A stretch of DNA of 16,873 bases from Elusimicrobiota bacterium (GCA_051745145.1 JBNJDT010000034.1:1-16873); one strand, 5' to 3'; positions 6,398-15,231 are shown, counted from the stretch's first letter. Numbers and translations are program-made. The notes: a model not told the origin generated them from the sequence alone.

Positions 6398-7595
6398 TAT
6401 CCTTTAACACCGCATCTACATCTTTCAAACCGTTCCCGGTCAGCAAACAAACTGCCGGAGAAAGCTTTCCAATATCTTCCCCGCTGCCGGCCAGTTTTCT
6501 AAGGCCCGCAACGCTGGTTACTCCCGCAGGTTCGGCAAAAACCCCGGTATTCTCAGCCAGATAAGATATATTATCTATGATTTCTTTATCCGGCACCCTT
6601 ACCGACCGGCCGCCGGTTTCTAAAACAGACCGGACTGCAGCTATACCGTCCCTGGGCTGGTCCACGGCAATGGAATCGGCAACAGTTGAAGCCTGCACCA
6701 TCTCCATCTTAATATCCCGGGGACTGATATTTTTATCATCTATATTTTCCAGGGTTCTGGTAACAGCATCTGAGTTGGCGCTTTGAACTGCTATAATTTT
6801 GGGCATCTTTTCTATAAGATCCAGTTCTTTTAAATCCCGGAACCCTTTCCATACCCCGCTTATTATATTACCGTCACCCACAGGTACAAAAACTGAACCC
6901 GGAGCTTTGTAACTTAACTGCTCCCATATTTCAAAAGCAACAGATTTTTTTCCTTCTCTGGTATAAGGATTATATCCGGTACACCGGTTAAAATAATTAT
7001 TCTCCAGAGAGTCGGACACGCAAAGATCATAGGCCTCATCATAAGTACCCGAGACCAATCGCACATCGGCTCCGTAGACTCCCAGCTGGGCTATTTTAGC
7101 CCGGGGTGCTGACTCGGGCACATATATTATAACTTCCACACCAGATGCCGCTCCCATACAGGCCCAGGAGCATCCGGCATTTCCCGTTGACGCACAACTT
7201 ACCACCTCAATACCTTTCTCCCGGGCCACGGCCATAACCACAGAACTGGCCCGGTCTTTAAATGAAGCTGACGGCAGGCGGGTATCATCTTTTAAATACA
7301 CCTTATCCAGTCCCGTCTGTTCAGCTATATCTTTATTGTCATACAACGGGGTAAGCGACATATCCAGAGCAGGTATAAACCTGCTATCCTCAAAAGGGAA
7401 AAGAGGCATGTAACGCCATACATCCCGCTGGGGATTGTTCTTTAAGGCGGGTACTGAAAATATTCTTTTTATATCGTCGTAATCATAGGTTACATCCAGA
7501 TTACCAGAACAATCTTTGCAGGTGTACCCGTCATAATCCGGGGAATGCTGTTTTCCGCAGACCAGACACTCAAAACCGGTCATAAAATTCGACAT
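6390..7595 (-). CDS. Threonine-synthase-like fold-type II PLP enzyme with N-terminal CxxC...CxxC zinc ribbon
   Basis: SFKDR (PLP lysine), CASTGNAG, NP...EG.K, VPVGDGN, EPAG and LTGNGLK. N-terminal CLVC...CKDC. Substrate uncertain, so no gene symbol is given. Confidence 0.85.
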   Translation of the reverse strand: MSNFMTGFECLVCGKQHSPDYDGYTCKDCSGNLDVTYDYDDIKRIFSVPALKNNPQRDVWRYMPLFPFEDSRFIPALDMSLTPLYDNKDIAEQTGLDKVYLKDDTRLPSASFKDRASSVVMAVAREKGIEVVSCASTGNAGCSWACMGAASGVEVIIYVPESAPRAKIAQLGVYGADVRLVSGTYDEAYDLCVSDSLENNYFNRCTGYNPYTREGKKSVAFEIWEQLSYKAPGSVFVPVGDGNIISGVWKGFRDLKELDLIEKMPKIIAVQSANSDAVTRTLENIDDKNISPRDIKMEMVQASTVADSIAVDQPRDGIAAVRSVLETGGRSVRVPDKEIIDNISYLAENTGVFAEPAGVTSVAGLRKLAGSGEDIGKLSPAVCLLTGNGLKDVDAVLKDNE

Positions 7596-7596
7596 A

Positions 7597-8538
7597 TTAC
7601 TTAGTAAAAGTAGTGCCGGTTTTACCCGTAGCGCAATCCTTTAAATTAGCAGGTGAAGTAACTACTGCTTTTTTGCCGCCGTCTTCTATATACCGGAGGA
7701 TAGCCTTAATTTTAGGCAGCATACTGCCCTCGGCAAAATGGCCTTCATCAATATACTTTTTAGCTTCTTCAACAGAAAGGGAAGATAATTTTTTCTCATC
7801 ATCCTGTCCGAAATTTAAGCATACATTATCAACAGCAGTTGAGATTATAAACATATCCGCATCCAGGCGGGTAGCCAGCAGGGCAGAAGCATAATCTTTA
7901 TCAATTACAGCGGGTACCCCTTTTAACATGCCGTCATCCCGCTTGTAAACCGGTACGCCACCGCCACCTACGCCGATAACAGTATAACCGCTCTTAGCTA
8001 AAGCACCGATGGCATCTTCTTCGAGTATCTGCTTGGGATCCGGAGAGGGTACTACCCTACGGTAACCGCGGCCGGCATCTTCAACTATATTCCAGCCCTC
8101 TTCACTCTCTTTTTCCTTAGCTTTTTTTTCATCCATAAAGCTCCCTATGGGCTTGGAAGGATTTTCAAAAGCGGGATCGTCTTTATCTACCAGAACTCTG
8201 GTTATTACTGTTGCAGCTTCCTTCTGAATTCCCCTATTATCGAATTCGTTTTTTAAGGCCTGCTGGAACAGGTAACCTATGGCGCCCTGAGTATCCGCCC
8301 CGCAAGAATCCAAAGGAACAGGATGTATCCCTTCTTTTTCTCCCAGTTCCGAACGTCTCAGAATAAAACCCACCTGCGGGCCGTTTCCATGGGTAATTAT
8401 AACATCCCATCCGTCTTCTATAAGATCCACAATATGTTTGGAAGTCTCCACTACCGCCGAATACTGGTCGGGCACACTCTGGTGCTGGGCATCCTTAATA
8501 AGTGAATTTCCACCAACTGCGATTACTGCTAAAGGCAT
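7597..8538 (-). CDS. arcC: Carbamate kinase (ArcC/YqeA)
   Basis: AVGGNS, THGNGPQVG, GADTQG.IGY, DPAF.NP.KPIG, EDAGRGYRRVVPSP, GGGGVPV, AVIDKD and GSMLPK. GGAGG Shine-Dalgarno upstream. Confidence 0.95.
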   Translation of the reverse strand: MPLAVIAVGGNSLIKDAQHQSVPDQYSAVVETSKHIVDLIEDGWDVIITHGNGPQVGFILRRSELGEKEGIHPVPLDSCGADTQGAIGYLFQQALKNEFDNRGIQKEAATVITRVLVDKDDPAFENPSKPIGSFMDEKKAKEKESEEGWNIVEDAGRGYRRVVPSPDPKQILEEDAIGALAKSGYTVIGVGGGGVPVYKRDDGMLKGVPAVIDKDYASALLATRLDADMFIISTAVDNVCLNFGQDDEKKLSSLSVEEAKKYIDEGHFAEGSMLPKIKAILRYIEDGGKKAVVTSPANLKDCATGKTGTTFTK

Positions 8539-8583
8539 ATTTAAATCCTCCGTTTTTTAACTTTCATTTACTGCCAACTAAAT

Positions 8584-9606
8584 TTATTCTGCCATGGTTA
8601 AAGCCATTATAGCTTTTTGGACATGAAGTCTGTTTTCAGCTATATCTACAATAATAGACCGGGGCCCGGACGCAACTTCATCAGTAACTTCATGATTTCT
8701 GTCCACAGGCATAGGGTGAGAAAATACAGCGTCATTAGTTATTTGCATTTTTTCCTCATCACAAATCCAGTCTTCATATTTTAGGGCTTTTTCTATCTCT
8801 TCCTCTTTGCGGAGCTTTCCGCCGCGATAGGCGTCTTTACTCATCCAGTTTCTGGAATAAACTATATCCGCATCTTCGTAAGCTTCGGCCGGATCGTTGG
8901 ATACTGCAAACTCAGTACCGTTTTCCTGGCAATTTTTCTTAGTCCACTCTAAAACTTCATCGTCAAGTTCATAACCTTCGGGATGGGCTACTCTGACATT
9001 CATTCCCATTCTCGAGTTTATTAACATACTCTCGTGTACCGAGCAGTGTGAACGGGCCAGGGCACCGTGTCCCCAGGCATGAACAATAGTCTTGTCTTTT
9101 AAATCTTCACTTACGTGTTTGCGATATCCCATTACATCGGCAAGTCCCTGACAGGGATGAAACCTATCGTGAGCCATGCTTATTATAGGCATATCGGCAT
9201 ATTTAGCATAATTTTTAAGCAACTGATCGCCCAGTCCGTACTCTCCGATTTTATCTTCCAATATTCTTATGCCCAAACCAACTGCATAGCGGGACATAAC
9301 TTTAGCGGCGTCTTCTACTGTTTCTCCTGCCGAATCTTTTGTTTTTAGTCTCATGGCAGAAGGTTCTAAGAATAAGGCGTGTCCCCCTAATTCTGTAGCC
9401 GCAATTTCAAATGACTGCCTGGTTCTAACCGAAGGGTTATAAAAAAACATTAAAAAACTTTTACTATTTAAAATATTTGTAAACTCCGGAGCAAATCTTT
9501 TTTTCTGCATCTCTTCAGCCAATTCTAAAACTTCTAAAAGTTCTTCCTTTGACCAATCCTGTGTGGTAATTAAATCTTTACCGTAATATTTTGATTTTCC
9601 TTCCAT
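8584..9606 (-). CDS. Divergent carbamoyltransferase of the YgeW/AOTCase-like group (second paralog)
   Basis: NPSVRTR, HPCQGLAD, AWG, ADIVYSRNW, HPMPVDR and AENRLH. Lacks the OTCase DxxxSMG ornithine loop. AGGAGG Shine-Dalgarno upstream. Confidence 0.85.
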   Translation of the reverse strand: MEGKSKYYGKDLITTQDWSKEELLEVLELAEEMQKKRFAPEFTNILNSKSFLMFFYNPSVRTRQSFEIAATELGGHALFLEPSAMRLKTKDSAGETVEDAAKVMSRYAVGLGIRILEDKIGEYGLGDQLLKNYAKYADMPIISMAHDRFHPCQGLADVMGYRKHVSEDLKDKTIVHAWGHGALARSHCSVHESMLINSRMGMNVRVAHPEGYELDDEVLEWTKKNCQENGTEFAVSNDPAEAYEDADIVYSRNWMSKDAYRGGKLRKEEEIEKALKYEDWICDEEKMQITNDAVFSHPMPVDRNHEVTDEVASGPRSIIVDIAENRLHVQKAIMALTMAE

Positions 9607-9640
9607 TTTTCCTCCTATATAACATGTATACTCTATTGAA

Positions 9641-9681
9641 AAGCTACGGCGCGTAAATTTAAGATTACGCGCCGATAGCTT
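9641..9681 (-). terminator. Intergenic GC-rich stem-loop (terminator-like or mRNA-stabilising) between the two carbamoyltransferase genes
   Basis: aagctacggcgcgtaa (9641-9656) and ttacgcgccgatagctt (9665-9681) pair as 16 bp with one bulge. On the minus strand it ends in only a short U tract (TTTTC). Confidence 0.65.
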
Positions 9682-9695
9682 CTACTTTTCTTAAA

Positions 9696-10772
9696 TTACA
9701 GCCGGCCGCCCATTAACATTGCCATAATTGCTTTATGGGCATGTAACCGGTTTTCAGCTTCGTCTATAACTACAGACTGAGATCCGTCAATTACCGGATC
9801 CGTAACTTCCTGGCCTCTGTCAGCGGGCAAACAATGCATATATTTACCGTTTTTGTTTACCAGATTCATCTGCTTTTCAGTTGTCATCCAATCTTTATTA
9901 GCCTCGTTTAGTTCTTCAGCTTTTTCCAGGTCCTGTTCTTTAACTGTTTTATTATTCTCATCTGTATAATTAAAACAGGAAGCAGCTCCCCAGGATTTAG
10001 GATAAACTATATCCGCATCTTCGAAACCTTCGTCAAAATCATCGGTGATTCCAAAAGAACCATTTTCCTGATCGGCAAAACTTTTGCAGGTTTCTATGAC
10101 ATTAGGATCCAGTTCAAAACCTTCCGGACGGGCCAGAGTCACATCCATCCCCATCTTTGAGGCGGCAAGTATTACGCTCTGGGGTACAGCCCGCGGTTTT
10201 TCAATTGAACCGGAATAGGCCCAGGACATAGTCAGTTTTTTGTTTTTAAACCCGCCCATCTTTTCTTTTATAGTCATAAGATCAGCAAGGGCCTGGGTGG
10301 GATGATATTTATCACACTCCATATTAATCACGGGTATATCAGCCCATTCAGCAAACTCTTTAATGGTCTCATTTGCAAATCCGTAAATCCAGTGAGCCTT
10401 AGGTCCATACATTCTTATGGCTATAGCATCACCTACTCTACTGAGAATCCTCGAAACATCGGAAATTCTCTCTGTTTCATAAGGTATTTCAAAACCTTTT
10501 CTGGCCGGGGTGTAAGTTTTACCCGGTTCCAGATCAACATGATAACCACCTAACTGCTGTATTCCGGCCGCAAATGTGCACCGGGTCCTGAGAGACTGAT
10601 TAAAAAATATAGTAAATAAAGTCTGCCCTCTTAAAAGATCATCCATGGGTTCTTTCATGGCATATCTTCTTTTAAGTTCCAGACCTACATCAATCATGGT
10701 CTCCCATTCCTCTTTGGAAAAATCCAAAGTTGCATCAATCCAATCTCTTCCAAAAAATCGATTAGTCTTCAT
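9696..10772 (-). CDS. ygeW: YgeW-like carbamoyltransferase
   Basis: SLRTR, HPTQALAD, KKLTMSWAYSGSIEKPRAVPQS (cf. E. coli YgeW-type WAYSPSYGKPLSVPQG), DIVYPKSW, YMHCLPAD and EAENRLH. AGGAGG Shine-Dalgarno at 10781-10786. Confidence 0.8.
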   Translation of the reverse strand: MKTNRFFGRDWIDATLDFSKEEWETMIDVGLELKRRYAMKEPMDDLLRGQTLFTIFFNQSLRTRCTFAAGIQQLGGYHVDLEPGKTYTPARKGFEIPYETERISDVSRILSRVGDAIAIRMYGPKAHWIYGFANETIKEFAEWADIPVINMECDKYHPTQALADLMTIKEKMGGFKNKKLTMSWAYSGSIEKPRAVPQSVILAASKMGMDVTLARPEGFELDPNVIETCKSFADQENGSFGITDDFDEGFEDADIVYPKSWGAASCFNYTDENNKTVKEQDLEKAEELNEANKDWMTTEKQMNLVNKNGKYMHCLPADRGQEVTDPVIDGSQSVVIDEAENRLHAHKAIMAMLMGGRL

Positions 10773-10833
10773 CGATTATTCCTCCTTTTATTTGTTCTTA
10801 ACTTATTCCCAAGTTTCTATAATTTTAATGATG

Positions 10834-10863
10834 ATAATAACAAATTTAAAGTATCACTGTCAA
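10834..10863 (-). promoter_or_regulatory. Sigma70-type internal promoter upstream of ygeW
   Basis: Minus strand: TTGACA (10863-10858), 18-nt spacer ending TGT, then TATTAT (10839-10834). This is a perfect -35 and an extended TGn -10 with a 5/6 match, about 60 nt before the ATG. Confidence 0.7.
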
Positions 10864-11847
10864 TTACTTAGGTACAGTAAACTTTTTCTCTTTGCTAAAA
10901 TTTAAATTTTCAAACCAGTCTTTAATACAACATCTTACCTTATAGTCCCCGGACGGTAAACCCTTATAATCAAACACTAAATCATAAGGCGCCGAATCCA
11001 CCGGATACCCTATATCTTTCCAGCCATTGCCATTATTAATTTCCAAAGTTACTTCCGTTATATAATTGCCGGTTACTTTTGTATTCACTACCATACGGGT
11101 ATCCACGACAGGATGCTGTCTTAAATCTGTTATCTCCACCGAACTCTCCGGGGAACCTTTTTTAACCATTTTTATAGCGAGCCCCGGTTGAAAAAAATTT
11201 ATCCCGGTAGTCTCCCCCCCTTCTTTTACGAGAAAAGAGTTTTCTCCTTTTTCTTCTCCTATGCCCCCTGCAAGTACAGGGGCTGTTTTAACACTGTTAA
11301 GTTCTTTATCCGGACTCCACAGATGAATATAGTTAAAATCCTGTTTATTAATTTCCTCTTCGGAAACCTCAACCCAGAACCATTTGCTTTCTCTTACATA
11401 CTCGTCCGCCCGGGTAGGAGAACCCTCCCTGGGAATCTTATCAGTGGTAGTTAACAGTTTAGCCTGGGGACGTTGTTCTACAGAACCGGATAATCCTATG
11501 TGAATTCTATAGGGACCGTCTGACGGTTCTATATCAGATTCCTGTTCTCCCAAAATTTTCTCTATCTGTTTCTCTGTTTTAGCTCTACCCAGTTTTGCCC
11601 CTATAAAAAATCTATCATACTCTTTTGTTTTTGCCCGGGGAACTTTATTTATCCATCCGTGCCCATAACCGACATACCAGTTTCCCGACCAGCCGCCATT
11701 GGCAAAAAGATTATATTCGGCGGGCGTAGGGAGCCCCGATATAAAATCAGTATACTTATCATCCGTGCACCCGGACCCGGTTATTACCGAAAGCATTATA
11801 CCTGTTCCAATGAAAATTAAAATTTTGAATTTATTTAACTTTTTCAT
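10864..11847 (-). CDS. Hypothetical exported protein / probable lipoprotein with a C-terminal Ig-like beta domain
   Basis: Basic N-terminus, hydrophobic stretch and a lipobox-like GSGC. Aromatic/Gly motif YNLFANGGWSGNWYVGYGHGW. C-terminal APY.....Y..LP.G.Y.V.....D...N pattern typical of bacterial Ig-like domains. Confidence 0.65.
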   Translation of the reverse strand: MKKLNKFKILIFIGTGIMLSVITGSGCTDDKYTDFISGLPTPAEYNLFANGGWSGNWYVGYGHGWINKVPRAKTKEYDRFFIGAKLGRAKTEKQIEKILGEQESDIEPSDGPYRIHIGLSGSVEQRPQAKLLTTTDKIPREGSPTRADEYVRESKWFWVEVSEEEINKQDFNYIHLWSPDKELNSVKTAPVLAGGIGEEKGENSFLVKEGGETTGINFFQPGLAIKMVKKGSPESSVEITDLRQHPVVDTRMVVNTKVTGNYITEVTLEINNGNGWKDIGYPVDSAPYDLVFDYKGLPSGDYKVRCCIKDWFENLNFSKEKKFTVPK

Positions 11848-12904
11848 TTACTATAAATCCGGGCAAACCGGAATAAAATTCTACAGCTTTTTCAACTTCC
11901 AGGATATCAATTTTTTCTTCAGGGGAATGACATTCTTCTTCTTTTCCCGGACCAAACCCGATAGTGGGAATTTCTCTATCTCCGGCTGTGTAAGAACCGT
12001 TTGTACAGAAGGGCCAGAACTTTGTCTTTTCACTACCGGTTATCTGCTGTTGCGTTTTTCGGGCTGCAGCATATAAAGGATTGTCAAAAGATATTTTCCA
12101 GGGTTTATAATAAGGAGTAATACCTTCGACAAAATCTTTCTCCTTCACAATTTTTTTAAATGCTGATAGAATTTCCTGTTCGGATCTACCCACACCGCTT
12201 CTGTAATCACAATATACAGTGCATTTTTCCGGTATAATATTTATATTTTCATTTGAGGTCTCCACCTTGGTCACGACCACTGAATCTTTCTTTAATTCGG
12301 AATTAATTTCTTTTACTTTTTCTATTATTTTAACCGCCCGGTAAATAGAATTTTCTCCGGCTTCCGGGTCACTGGCGTGCCCGGCTTTGCCTGTAATATT
12401 CAATTTTATACCCAAACGGCCCCGGTTTCCAAAAGCCACCTTTAAGCCCGATGGTTCACCTATTACAATGTAATCCGGTTGAATTTCAGTTTCTTCAAAA
12501 AAGTTCTTCAGACCGTTCCCCTCGGCCACTTCTTCCCGAACACTCCCTACAACATACAGAGTTATCCCTTCTACATCAGCTTTCGCTCCCCCGTAAACCA
12601 TGGCCGCCAAGGATCCTTTATCATCGCAGGAGCCCCGGCCTATAAGATTTTTATCCTTCATCCTCACCTTGTAGGGATCGTCTTTCCAGCCCTGTCCGGG
12701 TTCTACAACATCCATATGAGCATCGTAAATCACTACCGTATTTCCGTCCCCGCGGCGACCGCAGATATTACCTCCGGATTCTATAACCTCATCGTAGTTG
12801 AGTTCTGAAAACTCCTTTTTAAGACGACCGGCAACTTTCTCTTCCCGGCCGGATAAGGATGGGATTTCAACTAACTCTTTTAAAAATTCTACAACCGGAG
12901 ACAT
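11831..12904 (-). CDS. ygeY: YgeY-family M20 metallohydrolase
   Basis: YDAHMDVV, GRGSCDDKG, V.EE, IGEP, G.RGR, GHAS.P, W.F.TNG (YgeY-type), GFGPG.E..CH. Adjacent to ssnA. Confidence 0.8.
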   Translation of the reverse strand: MSPVVEFLKELVEIPSLSGREEKVAGRLKKEFSELNYDEVIESGGNICGRRGDGNTVVIYDAHMDVVEPGQGWKDDPYKVRMKDKNLIGRGSCDDKGSLAAMVYGGAKADVEGITLYVVGSVREEVAEGNGLKNFFEETEIQPDYIVIGEPSGLKVAFGNRGRLGIKLNITGKAGHASDPEAGENSIYRAVKIIEKVKEINSELKKDSVVVTKVETSNENINIIPEKCTVYCDYRSGVGRSEQEILSAFKKIVKEKDFVEGITPYYKPWKISFDNPLYAAARKTQQQITGSEKTKFWPFCTNGSYTAGDREIPTIGFGPGKEEECHSPEEKIDILEVEKAVEFYSGLPGFIVNEKVK

Positions 12905-12905
12905 T

Positions 12906-14219
12906 TTACTCTATATTTTCCCAAACTTTTTTAGCAGTTTCCCTAGCCCGGGCTAAAACTTCCTCCTCTTTAATTTTTAGAATTTTCTTATGTCTCATCA
13001 GAATCTCACCGTCACAAATTGTACTATCTACTGAGTAATCTCCCATTCCAAAAAGAAAGTGTCCCAAAAAATTATCCTTATTGATAGGGGTAGCCGGATC
13101 GTAGTCTATGGTAACTATGTCGGCATAAGCTCCCGGTTTTAATTTACTGTTATCCCATCCCGTAATTTTATCTAAAATTTTGGGATTATTATTTAACAGC
13201 ATATCCGGAACTTCCGTAAAAGCTACCGCCGGATCCTGGTATTGATGCCTGGCCAGCAAAAAAGCAGTCCGGGCCTGACTTCTTACATCCGAACTCATCC
13301 CGTCCGTACCTATTCCCACATCTAAGCCTTCCGAATACATATCCAGTATTTTAGAATATCCGACAGCGTTATTCATATTACTCTCGGGATTATGAACTAC
13401 CGAAGAACCGGCCGCTTTTATCAGCTCCCTTTCGGACTGGTCTATATGTATGCAGTGTATTAATAAACTTTTTTTATTTAATGCCCCGGCTTCATGAAAT
13501 CTTTCTATAACTGATTGTCCGTATTTTTCGCGGGTTCTCTCCTGATCAGCAATGCCTTCTGCAGCGTGAACATGAATTCCGGCATTAAATTTTTCTGCCA
13601 GATGAACACTTTTTTCCAGTGTCTCCTGATCAACCGTAAAAGAGGCATGTAACCCAACCATGCCCTTTATTTTGTCAAAATCCTTTCTTAAAAAACGTTC
13701 ATTTTCTTCCAGGCCCTGTTCTCCTTTACCGAACCGGTCCGAGGCGCCCAGACATAAAACACCTTTTATTCCCATCTGTTCAACTGCCTTACTTATTTCA
13801 TCAAGACTGCCTATCTGATACGATTGACTCTCATGATGATCTATTACGGAAGTAACCCCGCACTTTATACTTTCTATGATAGGAACTATAGCTGAATAAT
13901 AAATAGCTTCCCTGAAAAGAGCATCGTCAAGTTTCCACCACATATTCTCAAGCACCTGGTCAAAATTACCGGTGGGCTCTGACGGGGCCCATCCCCGGGC
14001 AAAAGTTGAATAAAAGTGATGATGGGTATTTACAAAAGAGGGCATAATTATCTTTCCCGTAGCATCTAATACATCCGCGCTGTCGTATTTTCTTTTTATC
14101 TGAGATAATTCGCCAATAGCTTTTATTTTTTTTCCCTCTACTACCACTGCCCCGGGATTAAAAATTCTATTGTTTTCATCCAACGTCACCACTGTTCCGC
14201 CTTCGATTCTTACTGTCAT
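12906..14219 (-). CDS. ssnA: SsnA-family amidohydrolase
   Basis: NTHHHFYSTFARG, LE.MWWKLD, GVT.VIDHH, GLHASFT, HVHAAE, HNPESNMNNAVG and GTDG. AGGAG Shine-Dalgarno upstream. Confidence 0.9.
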   Translation of the reverse strand: MTVRIEGGTVVTLDENNRIFNPGAVVVEGKKIKAIGELSQIKRKYDSADVLDATGKIIMPSFVNTHHHFYSTFARGWAPSEPTGNFDQVLENMWWKLDDALFREAIYYSAIVPIIESIKCGVTSVIDHHESQSYQIGSLDEISKAVEQMGIKGVLCLGASDRFGKGEQGLEENERFLRKDFDKIKGMVGLHASFTVDQETLEKSVHLAEKFNAGIHVHAAEGIADQERTREKYGQSVIERFHEAGALNKKSLLIHCIHIDQSERELIKAAGSSVVHNPESNMNNAVGYSKILDMYSEGLDVGIGTDGMSSDVRSQARTAFLLARHQYQDPAVAFTEVPDMLLNNNPKILDKITGWDNSKLKPGAYADIVTIDYDPATPINKDNFLGHFLFGMGDYSVDSTICDGEILMRHKKILKIKEEEVLARARETAKKVWENIE

Positions 14220-14274
14220 AAAATTACTCCTTTCAAATTATAATTATTCATATTTTTTAAAAATTCCATCACTT

Positions 14275-15231
14275 TTACTTTTTGTTGATTCTTTTTTCGA
14301 CACTATTTAAAGCCCGGCGGGCTGCTCTTTTTACCCGGGTGTCATAGTCCTGAACAGCTTGTTCTAAAAATACTTTAACATCTTCATCTCCAACAAGCCC
14401 CATAACCCTGCAGGCTTTTATTTTTATTTGAGGATCCGAGGATTTTATAGCACTGATAGCTTCGCTCAACCCGGCTTCTATTCCCATTTTTGCCAGGCTT
14501 AAGGCCGCTGTAACTCTTACCATAGGAGAGCTGTCTGAAAGAAAATCTTTTAAAGTTTCTCGACCTTCTACAGCCTTTAATTCTCCCAGAGCATTGAGGA
14601 GCTGGACTTTAACTACTTCAGATTCTTCTAATTTCAACAATTCCACAAGAGAAGGAACTAACTGTTTAAAACCTCTTTTTGCTATAACCTGTACCGCGCT
14701 TTTGCGAACTCCCGCATTTACGTCTTTTAATTTAGCTTGCAAAATCTGTTGAATTCTCTCCACACTGCCATTTTCCGTTAACTTACCCAAGTTAAAAATA
14801 GCTTTCTGTCTTACAATAGGATTATTAGACTCTGCCTTTTCTATGATCTTTTCCCGTACAGTTGGCGTAGAAAAATTTATCGCCGCCCCCATTGCTTCAA
14901 TCTGTAAATTAATTTCACCCTGATCCATAATTGACAGTAGCGTAGAAATTGCCGAAACGTTTTTTATATCCCCCAGACTTTTTACAGCCACTCTCCTCAC
15001 CCGCCTGTCAATATCCTTATTTAAAGCAATCCTTTTAAGAGCATCAATGACTTTTTTGTTATTATAATCCCTAAGTTCCCGGGCGGCTGTCATCTGTCTA
15101 TTTCTATCTGAACTATACAGCCTTTCTAAAAGCATCTGTACCCTGGGGGTTAAATTATTTTCTTCAGTCCACCCCTTGAAACTTATTGATAATAATAAAC
15201 AACCGGCTAATATTATGTACTTAACTCTCAA
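14275..15231 (-). CDS. Exported HEAT/PBS-lyase-like repeat protein
   Basis: Signal-peptide-like N-terminus, then roughly 31-aa helical repeats (VRRVAVKSLG, VRQKAIFNLG, VRKSAVQVIA, VRVTAALSLA, VKRAARRAL). TTG start overlapping the upstream gene by 11 nt. Confidence 0.85.
   Translation of the reverse strand: MRVKYIILAGCLLLSISFKGWTEENNLTPRVQMLLERLYSSDRNRQMTAARELRDYNNKKVIDALKRIALNKDIDRRVRRVAVKSLGDIKNVSAISTLLSIMDQGEINLQIEAMGAAINFSTPTVREKIIEKAESNNPIVRQKAIFNLGKLTENGSVERIQQILQAKLKDVNAGVRKSAVQVIAKRGFKQLVPSLVELLKLEESEVVKVQLLNALGELKAVEGRETLKDFLSDSSPMVRVTAALSLAKMGIEAGLSEAISAIKSSDPQIKIKACRVMGLVGDEDVKVFLEQAVQDYDTRVKRAARRALNSVEKRINKK

Noticed and set aside
6390..7595. Assigning the symbol thrC (housekeeping threonine synthase)
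   Set aside because: The family is clear, but the context (arcC/ygeW, no hom/thrB) and variant motifs leave the substrate uncertain.
5486..8538. Arginine deiminase (arc) operon
   Set aside because: No arcA or arcD is in the window, and the carbamate kinase is better explained by the ygeW/ssnA context.
14237..14242. TATAAT upstream of ssnA as a promoter
   Set aside because: No matching -35, very AT-rich context, and it sits almost on top of the Shine-Dalgarno.
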